Part shown: positions 24,924 to 37,084 of the stretch, one piece after another
Layout: the number at the start of each line of letters is the position of its first letter
How positions within the stretch are numbered: the stretch's first letter is position 1
Source of the DNA: Eledone cirrhosa
Lineage: Eukaryota
Direction: 5' to 3'
Assembly (NCBI GenBank): GCA_964016885.1
Contig: OZ024744.1
Location: 63,550,001-63,614,000, forward strand
DNA: 64,000 nt
Translations under genes and position numbers: made by a program
The notes under the pieces: model-generated
Databases searched by the model: none
What the model was told of the DNA's origin: nothing
Seen by the model: only the letters and a program-made list of their open reading frames with translations

Positions 24924-26411
24924 CTAGCAGTAAAGCCCGGCGTTGCTCGGGGTCGCTCAGTAGCTGTGTTAAAGTTACAATGTTAAGTTTCTTTCTTGGC
25001 TTAAAAACTGTAGTGTCTACTGTGCAGACTTGCATGTGGTGTTTTTGATTAATATTCCCTCAACCAACAATATGCCTTATGAAGTTAAGAAAACATAACG
25101 ATAACCCGAATGTTATAACAAAAGAGGATGCTGGGGATAAAAACTGCACTGGTTATTTATTAACAAAGATCGAAAATGTAAACACTGCAACGCAGAGAAA
25201 AACATTAGCGTAACCAAATTATCAGTTATGTCTGTCTGCACGCCTATATCACCTCTCTGCACGACTGTCTGTCTGCACGCCTATATCACCTCTCTGCACG
25301 ACTGTCTGTCTGCACGCCTATATCACCTCTCTGCACGACTATCTGTCTGCACGCGTATATCTCCTCTCTGCACGACTGTCTGTCTGCACGCCTAACGACG
25401 AAATATTTGCTTGTTTTACGTAGTCTTTAAATAGACTTGTTTTCAAGTAAAAATATTGTTTTAAAATGCTTTTAAATGGAAATGAAGCAAAACGGAAGCT
25501 TAGTGTTCGAACTGATGAATTTTGCAGGTCAATATTTTGCTGGCTCGACAACTGTTCGTAGTGTCTACTGTGCAGACTTGCATGTGGTGTTTTTGATTAA
25601 TATTCCCTCAACCAACAATATGCCTTATGAAGTTAAGAAAACATAACGATAACCCGAATGTTATAACAAAAGAGGATGCTGGGGATAGAAACTGCACTGG
25701 TTATTTATTAACAAAGATCGAAAATGTAAACACTGCAACGCAGAGAAAAACATTAGCGTAACCAAATTATCAGTTATGTCTGTCTGCACGCCTATATCAC
25801 CTCTCTGCACGACTGTCTGTCTGCACGCCTATATCACCTCTCTGCACGACTGTCTGTCTGCACGCCTATATCACCTCTCTGCACGACTGTCTGTCTGCAC
25901 GCCTATATCACCTCTCTGCACGACTATCTGTCTGCACGCGTATATCACCTCTCTGCACGACTATCTGTCTGCACGCCTAACGACGAAATATTTGCTTGTT
26001 TTACGTAGTCTTTAAATAGACTTGTTTTCAAGTAAAAATATTGTTTTAAAATGCTTTTAAATGGAAATGAAGCAAAACGGAAGCTTAGTGTTCGAACTGA
26101 TGAATTTTGCAGGTCAATATTTTGCTATGTCATTTTAAACGCTGAGAAAGCCAGCGTAATTTTTTACGTAAGACGCTCAATGTAAACAGAACAAAGGGAA
26201 ATAACTGATAACTTACGCTCAAAAATCGATACATTATATTCGATTTCGTCAGATAGGGCGGGTCAATTTGAAATATTTTTTTTCCGATGTCTTCGCTAGG
26301 GCTCAATGTACAAGTATAGCAATTTCGGTGCAATTCCGTGAGAGATTCTAAGAGGAGATGTGTGCCAAAAATCGATAGACAGACAGACAACCACAGTTTT
26401 ATATATATAGA
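24924..26411 (-). mobile_element. Non-autonomous Helitron with an internal tandem duplication of about 550 bp and a 37-bp minisatellite
   Basis: 5' end A|TCTATATATATAAAA; 3' hairpin cccgagcaacgccggg followed by CTAG|T; duplicated blocks at about 25009-25542 and 25558-26126. Confidence 0.88.
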
Positions 26412-26899
26412 TAATGCATTTTAGTGGATGGTTTTGGTAGTGGTTACAATTATTTTAATGTGTAAAACATTGTGTTATTTTTTAACTGAGTAATTGTACT
26501 TTGTATAGTGTCTTGCATAGTTTAGATGTATTGTAATTTGTTAATTTTGATGTTGGTTAAAAAAATATATATACACATATATATAAAAATTTAAATTATA
26601 ACATATATATTATGAATGATATTTGTGCTTCTCAGAAGAAAAGCTCAATGGACTACTTCAGTGCATCAATAATTCAAATTTATAGATATATGCACATATG
26701 TAGAGAGAGATCAATTGCTTAGATCAATTTTAAGTTATGGTTCTCATTGAATCATGAAATGGCCACAAAGAAACAAGAACCTTTTCCATCTGAAGTATGT
26801 ATTTTTCCTAAATATAATCTGCTTTTTGTGTGTGTACAAAATACTGTGTTCTCATAAGATATATGGCACTTTCTCTCTCTCACTCTATATTCAATTCAT

Positions 26900-27197
26900 G
26901 TCCGCTTTTCCCTGCTTGCAAGGGTGGGACGGGAACTGATTCTGGCTTGATTTCTAGAGCTGGATGCCCTTCCTAACACCAACCTCATTTACAGTGAGTG
27001 CTGGTTGCTTTTTTGCTGTGGTACCTTGACGTCCACTTTTGCAGTGGAATGCATCTCATTTCTACAGCTGAGTAAACTGGAGCAATGTGAAATAAAGTGT
27101 CTTGCTCAAGGAAACAACACATCACCCGGTCTGAGAATTGAACTCACAACCTTTCGATTGCAAGGCCAATGCTCTAACCACTAAGCCATGTGCCTCC
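26900..27197 (-). mobile_element. tRNA-SINE family S2 (tRNA head, CORE-like box, RTE-UTR segment, RTE tail); second copy at 47211-47534
   Basis: A box tggcttagtgg, B box gagttcaattc, ccttgagcaagacacttt; the two copies are near-identical. Confidence 0.88.
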
Positions 27198-27235
27198 ATA
27201 TATATACACATATACCTATAAATTTGAATTATATA

Positions 27236-28540
27236 TCATCATCATCATCATCATCATTTTACGTCCGCTTTTCCCTGCTTGCAAGGGTGGGACGGGTCCT
27301 ATTCAGCACACCATCTCTCCACTTGTCATAATCCTTCATCATCTCCTCTGTGAGCTTCAGCGATCTCAGGTCCTTTCTCACCACTTCCGCCCATGTTTTT
27401 CATGGTCTTCCTCTACTGCGTCTTCCTTCCACTGGGATTTCTTGGCACTTCTTTACCCAGCAGTCATCCTCCATACACATCACATGTCCATACCATCGCA
27501 GTCTCCTCTCCCGCACACTACAACTTATCCCTCTTATACTATGCTTGGTCGTTCATGCACATTGACATTGCACATCCAATAGCTACCACTGCCCTCACAA
27601 GCCATTCCTCTACACCTAGTTTCCTTAAGGACCACCAGATGATAGATCAGGGTACCCTATCAAAGGCTTTCTCTAGGTCAACAAAAGCTAAGTATAGTGG
27701 CTTATTCTTCTCTAAGAACCTCACCTGTAGTTGTCTCACTAAGAAGAGGGCATCTGTTGTACTTTTCCCAGGCACAAAATCAAACTGCATCTCATCTAAT
27801 TTGACCCTTTCTCTAATTAGTTGCGCTAATATTCTTTCGGCCATTTTCATAACCTGATCCATCAGTTTTATGCCCCTATCATTGCTCCTCTCCAGAGCAT
27901 CCCCTTTACCTTTGCAGCAATTTATGAGAATACTGCTGCACCAGTCTTTGAGTATGACTCAGCCATATATAGCTTGATTGACAATGCATGCAACCAGTTT
28001 AGTTCCTACTTCTCCTGATGCCTTCAGCATCTCAGCAACTATTCCTGACGGTCCAGCAGCCTTACCATTTTTCATTTCCTTAATTGCCTCTTGGACCCTA
28101 TAGTCGTCAATCTGAATAGCTGGTCCCTCTGTCGGGTCTACTGGGGGTAGTTTCTCTCTCTCCCATTCGTTCTCCATATTCATCAATCTCTCATAATAAC
28201 ATTTCCAGGCGTCCTTTTTCTGATCATTAGTGACACTAAGTACACCAGCATCATTTTGGACACACTTATCCCCAACAACATCCTGATTTACACTGACACA
28301 ATGCCTTGCAATGTGGAACACCGTACGTCTCTGATCTTCTTGTCTCAGAACATTGGCAAACCTCCTACTCTCAGCCTCCCTGCATGCTAAGTACACCTGA
28401 TGTCTAGCTTCTCTTTTAGCAGCTGTGTATCGGTCTCTACTGCCACAATTTTTCTAAGCATTCCATGCTAGTCTTTTGTCTTTAATGGCCCTATCTACCG
28501 TGCTGTTCCACCACCAGGTCACTCTCTGTCTGGTTGGAGG
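27236..28540 (-). mobile_element. RTE LINE (short-tail family), 5'-truncated and internally deleted
   Basis: [33 protein letters not shown], then a jump to the C-terminal [12 protein letters not shown] region and a (GAT)n tail. Confidence 0.88.
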
Positions 28541-28777
28541 CTCTGTATATATATATATATAAATATATATTTCGTTTCTGAATTTGTTTAGCAAGATTCT
28601 TTATCTGAAAACGTGTGTTGAAACCGATATTGTTATACTTTGGGAGGTTCATGTTGCCAATAAGAAACACACGCACCAGATGCTTTCACTCCAATTTATT
28701 ATAAATTAAATTATAAATTTAAAAATTTATAAATTTCCGGTTGGTTGGTTCCACAACTGGACGGTTGTTCATATATT

Positions 28778-28820
28778 GTCAAAGTTCTTTCGTCACACAT
28801 TCTGTGACCTCTTCAGTGAC
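28778..28820 (-). ncRNA. Minimal type-I hammerhead ribozyme
   Basis: Minus strand: gtca-CTGAAGA-g-gtcaca-gaatg-tgtgac-GAAA-gaac-TT-tgac. Confidence 0.8.
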
Positions 28821-29939
28821 TGTGGGTTTTTTCTTTGTTTTGTGCCTCTCCTGTGTTCTGTCCTATGCCATCTTGTTTTTGTATGTGTTGTGTGCTTAGT
28901 TTGCGCATGTGTTACATCCGGATGTCTGTGTGTGTTTTTATTTGTTTATTTATTTGTTTATTTACATGTTACTGGTTGGTTGTTTGTTCTATGTGTGTGT
29001 GTTTTCATTTTGTCTTTAATTGTAAGTTGTGATGTTGCTATTCCATTCCTATTTTCTATTTAATTTTGGTTGGAGTTCATTTATGTCTATTGCTTCTGTG
29101 ATTTGTCTAAACATTGCGTCTTTTCTGTGTGTAGATTTTATTTTTATTTCTATGTTCTCTAATTTGCCCTTATGTTCTATTTTAGCATGTTGGTGGAGTA
29201 CTGATGATTCTTTTCTATCTTGAAGCTCTCGCCAGTGTTCATTTAATCGTTCTCCTATACTACGAGCTGTCTCAACTATGTACACTATATTCTTATCTTT
29301 ACATTGTCCTTCAGTACATCTTATGCTATATACTATGTTTCTAGTTTTACAGTTAATATGGGGGCTTAGTTTACAGATTATGCATGTCTTATCTATACAG
29401 GGAGGTCTTTGAAGAGGGTATGTATTACTAATAAGTGTTACCTGGTCTTTCTACTATCTTAATATTTAGTTTAAATTTATCTAGGGCCCTTCTAAATTTG
29501 TAAGCTAGTTCACCTCTAGGGGTTGTATTGATGAACATTACACTCTGGTATTTATTGCTATCATACCATGAGTTTATTCTATTAACCTTATTCCTAGTTC
29601 TTTCTATTCTATTCCAAAATTTGCTAATATACAAGAGGCAGGTGCCATTTGTATCATATGGGACAGGTCCCATTTATATCATAATGGGACCTGCTCTGTG
29701 TATAAAACATGAATAGAATAGCAACATCACAACTTAAAATTAAGGACAAAATGAAAACACACACACATAGAACAAACAAACAACCAGTAACATGTAAATA
29801 AACAAATAAATAAACAAATAAAAACACACACAGACACCCGGATGTAACACATGCGCAAACTAAGCACACAACACACACAAAAACAAGATGGCATAGGACA
29901 GAACAAAGGAGAGGCACAAAACAAAGAAAAGAATCCCCA

Positions 29940-29982
29940 GTCACTGAAGAGGTCGCAGAATGTGTGACGAAAGAACTTTGAC
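29940..29982 (+). ncRNA. Minimal type-I hammerhead ribozyme (inverted pLTR copy)
   Basis: gtca-CTGAAGA-g-gtcgca-gaatg-tgtgac-GAAA-gaac-TT-tgac. Confidence 0.8.
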
Positions 29983-30146
29983 AATATATGAACAACCGTC
30001 CGATTGTGGAACCAACCGGAAATTTATAAATTTTTAAATTTATAATTTAATTTATAATAAATTGGAGTGAAAGCAACTGGTGCGTGTGTTTCTTATTGGC
30101 AACATGACCCTCCCAAAGTATAACAATATGAATATATATATATATA

Positions 30147-33100
30147 TGCAGAGGTTATATTTAATTTGTTGGGATACAACAAGCTTAAAAATATTTTTAT
30201 AACTGATCTAAAGCACTCAACAGATAATTGGAGTAAATATACAATATATTAACAAATGGAAACTATATTTATAAAACCATATTTATTTTATTATACATAT
30301 TTCAAGGGCCACCATTACTCATCCATCACTCCTAATCTACTTAATAAAGCCCTTTCATATGCATTTAAACATACAGACTTAACTAGTAATGAAATGCACA
30401 TTATCTTAACTGCACGGAAAACATTAATTAAATTTAACACATCTGGACTAGAGCAAACAGAGATAGTAATTTTGACTATGGGGTCATCAGATTCGGCACA
30501 AATAGCGGATCTTGTGGGGCTTTTTATTAATAATACTCTACATAGGAAAATACCGGAGATGACCGGAGGTTTATATCGCGACGATATGCTATTACTTATA
30601 GAAAATAATAATAACTGTGAAATAAATAGGAAAAGAAAAGAAATTATACAATTTTTTAATTGCCTTAATCTTAAAGTAGAAGTAGAGAATAATTATAAAA
30701 TAGTTAACTTTCTAGATGTAACTTTAAACCTTAACACAGGTCTTTATTATCCATTTCATAAAATAAATGAGAATCTAAACTATTTTAACTTTAATTCCAA
30801 TCACCCCAGATCCGTTAAAAACACTATAGTAAATTCTGTGCAGCAACGTATTTCTAGAATTTCAGCTAATAAGAACTATAAAAACTATAATAGAAAACCT
30901 TACAATAACTCGAAAACCAAAAGACGAAATAGAACTAGAAATATATTATGGTTCGCTCCCCCTTTCTCATTAAGTATTAAAACTCCTATTGCTAAATTAT
31001 TCTTTAAAGCTCTAGATAAATGCTTGCCTCTAACACATAGATATTACTCAATATTTAATAGACATACTATCAAATTATCATATTCCACCACTATGAATTT
31101 AGCGCAGAATATTAATAGAATTAATAATAGAAACTTAAAACCTAACCAGAATACCATTAATACCCCTAGCAATATCCAATATAATAGTACGGCTCCTAGT
31201 AACTTAAATTTAGATAATTGTAACTGTAGAAATAAATCTAACTGTCCTCTAAATAATAACTGTTTAATTAAAAACATAGTATACAATTGTAATGTAAAAA
31301 CTAATGTAAACTCTTTTAATTATGTAGGCTCTACCTCCACAGATTTTAAGTCCCGTTTTAATAACCACAAATGTTCTTTTACGAATATTAGTAAAAAATC
31401 TTCAACTTCTCTATCTAATTTACTATGGGACCTAAAATCAAAGAACATTAATTATTCTTTACTTTGGAATATTATCTCCAAAGCTTCTTCATACAATACT
31501 TTATCCGAAAATTGCGCTCTTTGTATAGAAGAAATATTCTTTATATTAAAAAGTAAAAACTCTGTTAATTTAAGGAATAATTTATTCAGTTCTTGCAAAC
31601 ATCGGTTAAATTCAACTTTTAAATATATATATAAAATGTAATATATAACTTATCTCTTTTACATAATGTCCTCTATAACTTATTTTCCATTATCTCTACT
31701 TCACATATATTATTATTACACCTATCGATAAATCAATAAATTCCTTTATATGACTGCTTGGAACTCCTTTAAAGAGAATTTTTTCTTAATAAAATGTTTT
31801 CTTGATAAACTTACTGAAGGGGTTAAGAAAATTTTTTGAAAATTCCTTTGAAGGGTATAGAAAAATTATATTTTATATTTTATATTTTTATATTTTTATA
31901 TTCTTATATTTTTCAAAGGTTTAATATATATATATTCAAATGTTTAAAAAATATATATATCCAAATGTTTATATGTATAGGATAAACATAGTGTTTTTTT
32001 TATGTATGTGTGGTATAACCTAGAATTTATGCCTTAAATATATTTTGTAAATATATTCTTATGAAAATTTGTTATGCTTTATGCTTTAAATATATTCTTA
32101 TGAAAATTTTTTAAATGTTATAATTTTTAAATGTTATGACTTTATAACAAGTAAATTTATGTTTTAAATGTTATAACTTTATAACAAGTAAATTTATGAA
32201 TTTATAAATTTATGACTTCGTATAAGGTAACATAAGGTTCATGTTCTAATTACATTCTTAAGATAGAAAACTTAACTTTTTAACTTCTTAACCTTATAGT
32301 ATTTAATCCTTAGAGTCATCTGAGTTATTAATAACTTCCTTTACGCTTTACTGCTATTATAATACAAATAAGGGGTTACTCTTCTGTAAACTCTCGAAAT
32401 TTCCATAAATTTAGAATTATTTGGATATTTTAAATTTTTAACTTACAATTTTTTTAATAATTAATAATATATATATTTTATAATAATATGTATATTTTTA
32501 AATATATTTTTTTTAAATATATAATAGTTTTTAATATTTTTTTTTTAAATATATAATAGGTTTTAATATTTTTTAATTTTTATTTTTTTATTTTTTAATA
32601 ATCTAACATACTAATTATTAAACTAATTACTAAATTATTAAATTATTAATTAAACATTTAATTATTATAAATAGTGTAGTCAAAACATAATGAATCCTGC
32701 TTTATTATTCATCGAATCTATATTCGTTTCTTCACTTCTCCTTTCCTCTCACGTAAACACACGTTATATTTGTCCTTATAACTAATATTTTCTCTCACTT
32801 AAATATAATCACGCTATACTCTTTCCACTGGCAAAATATATATAAACAGTTCTTCTTTTTCTCTTTCTTTTTTCTCTCTCCATCACAATATCACTCTCTT
32901 CCAACGGTTTAATTTAAATATACCGTTATTTAAACCTTTCGGACAGTCATTTGCATACTCAATCATAACCTTATATCATCCTCAATAAATCTAATATCTC
33001 CACTATCCAGGAAGCCCCAACCGTTAAGGTTGTCTTTTTTTCAGGGTATGTCAATATTTATTTATAAAACTAATCTGTATTGTATTTTATATGATGAAAG

Positions 33101-33186
33101 CGCACCATAATTTGCCTTGGTGGCCCTTGAAATATGTATAATAAAATAAATATGGTTTTATAAATATAGTTTCCATTTGTTAATAT

Positions 33187-33196
<10 letters not shown>
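30147..33196 (+). mobile_element. 5'-truncated Naiad-type PLE with a long AT-rich 3' region and a short inverted terminal repeat (30237-30314 vs 33119-33196)
   Basis: A 78-bp reverse-complement match flanks the RT/GIY-YIG ORF; boundaries are approximate. Confidence 0.82.
30256..31641 (+). CDS. Open but truncated PLE RT + GIY-YIG ORF; the first ~20 codons come from the inverted repeat
   Basis: YSSITP, MGSSDSAQIADLVGLFI, GGLYRDD, WFAPPFS, CNCRNKSNCPLNNNCL, IVY...YVGST..FKSRFNNH, CALCIEE. Lacks the RT N-terminus and has an in-frame deletion after ISANK relative to the copy at 1-1540. Confidence 0.8.
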   Translation: METIFIKPYLFYYTYFKGHHYSSITPNLLNKALSYAFKHTDLTSNEMHIILTARKTLIKFNTSGLEQTEIVILTMGSSDSAQIADLVGLFINNTLHRKIPEMTGGLYRDDMLLLIENNNNCEINRKRKEIIQFFNCLNLKVEVENNYKIVNFLDVTLNLNTGLYYPFHKINENLNYFNFNSNHPRSVKNTIVNSVQQRISRISANKNYKNYNRKPYNNSKTKRRNRTRNILWFAPPFSLSIKTPIAKLFFKALDKCLPLTHRYYSIFNRHTIKLSYSTTMNLAQNINRINNRNLKPNQNTINTPSNIQYNSTAPSNLNLDNCNCRNKSNCPLNNNCLIKNIVYNCNVKTNVNSFNYVGSTSTDFKSRFNNHKCSFTNISKKSSTSLSNLLWDLKSKNINYSLLWNIISKASSYNTLSENCALCIEEIFFILKSKNSVNLRNNLFSSCKHRLNSTFKYIYKM

Positions 33197-33252
<56 letters not shown>

Positions 33253-33544
33253 AGTTATCATATGAGGTCCCCATTGTAGAATAGTAGTATTAGTTAATAT
33301 TTAGAACTGGTACATTATATTTACTTTTGGAAAGTATATCTTTGTCTGCACTGTTTTTGTTTGTTAGTGTATGTATTAGGGATTCACTTATAAGTCAATT
33401 GGCTGATAATAAATTAGCAATTAATTGACGTTGCATTATTGGCTTCCACTTTTCTATAATTTAATTATGTATTGTGATATCAAAACACATATTATAATTA
33501 ATTGTAAGTAATGTATTATAATATTTCTTAATTAATTACAATTA

Positions 33545-33820
33545 GGAGAGAAGACTGAGATGGTATGGACATGTGATGCACATGGAGGATGGCCGCTGGG
33601 TAAAGAAGTGCCAAGAAATCCCAGTAGAAGGAAGACGCAGTAGAGGAAGACCATGAAAAACATGGGTGGAGATGGTGAGAGCAGATCTCAGATCGCTGAA
33701 ACTCACGGAGGAGATGACAAAGGACCGCGACAAGTGGAGAGATGCTGTGCTGAATAGAACCCATCCCACCCTCGCAAGCAGGGAAAAGCGGACGTATGAT
33801 GATGATGATGATGATGATGA
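33545..33820 (+). mobile_element. RTE LINE 3' fragment (short-tail family)
   Basis: [32 protein letters not shown] followed by (GAT)n. Confidence 0.88.
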
Positions 33821-34127
33821 TATGGAGCTACTATTTGAGAGCACACAGTGGTTAAATTTTAATGTTTAAGGTAACATATGGGAGCTTGCAAGAAATTGGC
33901 TATGCTCTGGTCTTTCTTCTACTTTGATACCTTGTAGCATACATTGAGTTATACACCGTGGACAGTCACATGTAAATTACAGTTGTGCCAATCAGCCTAC
34001 TCAAGCATTAGGAATAGAGGTATATTTCACTGGTGTGCTTAGATTGAGTGTCCTAGAAAAATTTTTTTATATAATTCTACAAACATGCATACATATTTCT
34101 CTGTCACCCAAGGTTTTTTGCTCCAGC

Positions 34128-34670
34128 ATCATCATCATCATCATCATCTTTGTTTAACATCTATCTTCCACGCTAGCATGGGTTAGACGGGAGTTGTCCC
34201 ACTTGAGGCAAAGTTGGTCGAGTGACCGTGTCTCGCTCATATGGGACTATCTGGCAGGTTTTCTACAGCTGGATGCCCTTCCTAACACCAAACACATTTA
34301 CAGTGTGGAACTGGGAACTTTTTACCACATTACCTACACGGCCACATTACAGCGTGGACTGTGTGTGTTTTTTGTCGTGACACCTAGACAATCTTGATCT
34401 CTTTATCTCATTTATTTGGACTGGATGTTGTGGTACCAACTTTACAGAGAGAGGGTGGTGTTGGTGGGAGTGGGAGGATAGGGTAGGGGTAGTGGATTGG
34501 GGTGTATATTTGGTTAAGAGGTGCCAACTGACTGTAGGTTTCGCTTTGTACATAGGCAAGGCGTAGCACCAAAGATCTCGGTCCAGTAACATTGTCTTAG
34601 AGAGGTGCAAGTGTGTAAGGTCGGAATTTATCAAATCATCCCAGGTTTTTCTGGGTCTACCTACTCCGTA
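34128..34670 (-). mobile_element. RTE LINE 3' fragment (paralog of 8722-9240)
   Basis: GRPRKTWDDLINSDLTHLHLSK plus the same 3' UTR. Confidence 0.85.
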
Positions 34671-34689
34671 ACTACAATCAATAATATTT

Positions 34690-35010
34690 AAAAATTACAA
34701 CAATAAAACCAATACCAATTAACCACAATGTACATAGGAAAAATGGCTTGTAGTGTGAGGGAAAGGATAACAATGCACTGGTGAGAGTTCAAAGACAAGA
34801 AATATTCATCAGTGCTCTATCAACATGCCCAACTAGAACACGGTAGACCACTAAAATACATTGAGGAGAAGATGCTCTTCACACATCAAGATAATCTAAC
34901 ATTAACAGAGATCAATGAAGCTATATATGTAGCAGAGATAAAACCTACACTAAATAGAAAGTTTAAATGGAATAGTAACATCCCCACTGGTACGACCACT
35001 AATACATAGT
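34690..35010 (+). mobile_element. Degenerate PLE GIY-YIG fragment
   Basis: MYIGK..SVRERI..H, SVLYQHAQLEHG, EAIYV.EIKPTLNRK; similar to 29049-29285. Confidence 0.7.
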
Positions 35011-35942
35011 GACTGATGATAAATTTTGACACATACAAATAGAGCCGTATCATATGTAGGAGAGTACAGATATATATAGCATAGATAGATATATGTGTGT
35101 TAGTGGAAAACTGCCAGAATATGTGCCTATATCATATATATAAATATGTATAGGCGCATATAGATTTGCAGAAGAAATAGCTTACACATATATATGCACA
35201 CAAAAATTCTCTTAATGTTAAAAACAACAACAACAACAACAATTATAAAAATTGCACAAATGAAGTCAATACCACCTAACAACATCAAGATAATTCCAGT
35301 TTTTATGAGAGCTTTGGGTTCAATTCATAAATTGCAATCCTACTGTCTGTTGGGTACTACACATATACTGAGGAAATTGTTGTCTGTCTAACGTCATTGT
35401 TGAGACTTAACAAGCAGTGAAAGATCCAGTAACTATCATACTTACTCTGCAAACCATGAATAATAAAGAGGTACTAAACCATGAATCGAAAGCAAAACCA
35501 CTACATGGTAGATTCCCAGAATGACTTTCTGACAATGATATCGATCAGCATGGCTCACTATCCTGGCTCAGAAGTGCTGGTTTGATAGCAGAGGCTAGGG
35601 GACTCTTAGTTGCTACACAAGATCAATCTTTAAACACTCGGGCCTACAGACACAGAATAGTGAAAGATGGGACTAGCCCTCTATGCAGAATATGCTACCA
35701 ATATGAAGAAATGGTAGATCATGTATGTTATGTCCAGGTGCCCAGAGCTGGCAAAAACTGACTATATAGAAAAACACAATATGTGCATTGGATGCTTTGC
35801 AGCTCTCATAACATCAAAACTTCCGAAAAATGGTGTGAACATCAACCAAAAACAGTCATGGAAAAGGGCAACATATCTATCTTGTGGGATATGCTTGTGA
35901 TAACCGATCGAGAAATCGCTGCCAACAGACCAGATATCATCA

Positions 35943-36493
35943 TCTCCTTATAATATATAACCAGCAATTTCTCTGTTTGTCTGTCTGTCCGACAGTGGAA
36001 ACACGTGCGCGCGTGCGAATGTTTTTTGCGCACGCGTAGAGAGAGAGTGAGAGTGAAAGAAAGAGACAGACTACGAGAGGGGGATAGCGGGAGGGAGAGA
36101 GTGAATAGACGCTAAAACACGTGCGTGCGAGCGAATGTTTTTTGCGCACGCGTAGAGAGAGAGTGAGAGTGAAAGAAAGAGACAGACTACAAGAGGGGGA
36201 TAGCGGGAGGGAGAGAGGGGGGAATTGAGGAGTGCTACAGAAACATATATACATTTCTGTGTGTGTGTGTAATATATATATATATACACACACAGAAATA
36301 TATATATATACACACAGAAATATATATACATTTCTGTGTGTGTAATATATATATATATACACACAGAAATATATATACATTTCTGTGTGTGTAATATATA
36401 TATATATATACACACACAGAAATATATATACATTTCTGTGTGTGTAATATATATATACTAGCAGAAAACCACCCATGGGCGGTTTTCTGCTAG
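35943..36493 (+). mobile_element. Non-autonomous Helitron unit A with internal subrepeats and a palindromic 3' end
   Basis: 5' A|TCTCCTTATAATATATAA..tgtctgtctgtc; ends in CTAG at 36490-36493. Confidence 0.8.
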
Positions 36494-37084
36494 TCTATAT
36501 ATATAAAACTGAGGATGTCTGTCTGTGTGTGTGTGAGTTTGAATCCGTAAAACTCGAGAAGTACCGAACCGACTGTTTTCAAACTTTACACATGTAAAAC
36601 TTATGTTTCAGGGAGTGTCCTGAGCAAAAATATTTCAAATTTTCAATGCCCTAGGGACCGCATTAGGCGATTTAGCGATCTTTCTCTATAATTCTTAGTC
36701 TTTCTCTTTTTAGATAGATACATACATATAACGTCGCGCCCTTATAATATCTGTCTGTATGTCTGGCTGTCTGCATTACGTCACTTCCTACAATTCCCTC
36801 TGCGTCCAGAACGCACCCTTATAATATCTGTCTGTATGTCTGGTTGTCTGCTGCCTCCGGTTATTCTGACACCCTTGCTCAAGACAAATCTCACACTCAT
36901 TCCCCAAACAGTTAGTAAGTGCACACAACTTCTTCCTCATGTTTTAAGCCACAGTGTTGCTTCCTTACTTACCACCAGACCCTTACTTCTTTGCCAGTCG
37001 TGGTTGTGGCAATACTAAGCTTAGCTAAGGCGGTTATATATTTCACAATACCTTATCCCGTGCAATTCCGGGTACCACTGCTAG
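36494..37084 (+). mobile_element. Non-autonomous Helitron unit B
   Basis: 5' TCTATATATATAAAACTG (as in 24924-26411); 3' hairpin cccgtgcaattccggg followed by CTAG|T. Confidence 0.85.

Larger units (their letters stand above)
28627..30129 (-). mobile_element. 5'-truncated PLE (second family) bounded by inverted pLTRs of about 420 bp (28627-29048 and 29711-30129)
   Basis: The arms are reverse complements; the internal minus strand encodes SVMFINTTPRGELA, KIVERPG, NIVYSIRC, YIVETARSIGERLNEH. Confidence 0.9.

Noticed and set aside
25229-25980. 37-bp repeats resembling a CRISPR array (also the 48-bp and 84-bp arrays)
   Set aside because: Units are contiguous with no unique spacers, no cas genes are present, and the context is eukaryotic TE sequence.
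27125-27197. tRNA-like sequences (also 47460-47534 and S1 heads)
   Set aside because: They continue into SINE bodies and lack a clean acceptor stem; these are SINE heads, not tRNA genes.
33075-33115. gatGAAAgcgc as a possible HHR half in the third Naiad's 3' end
   Set aside because: No matching CUGANGA or stem I was found upstream.
33930-34052. Possible minus-strand exon after tttttctag
   Set aside because: Weak donor, stops in the frames checked, and no recognisable protein similarity.
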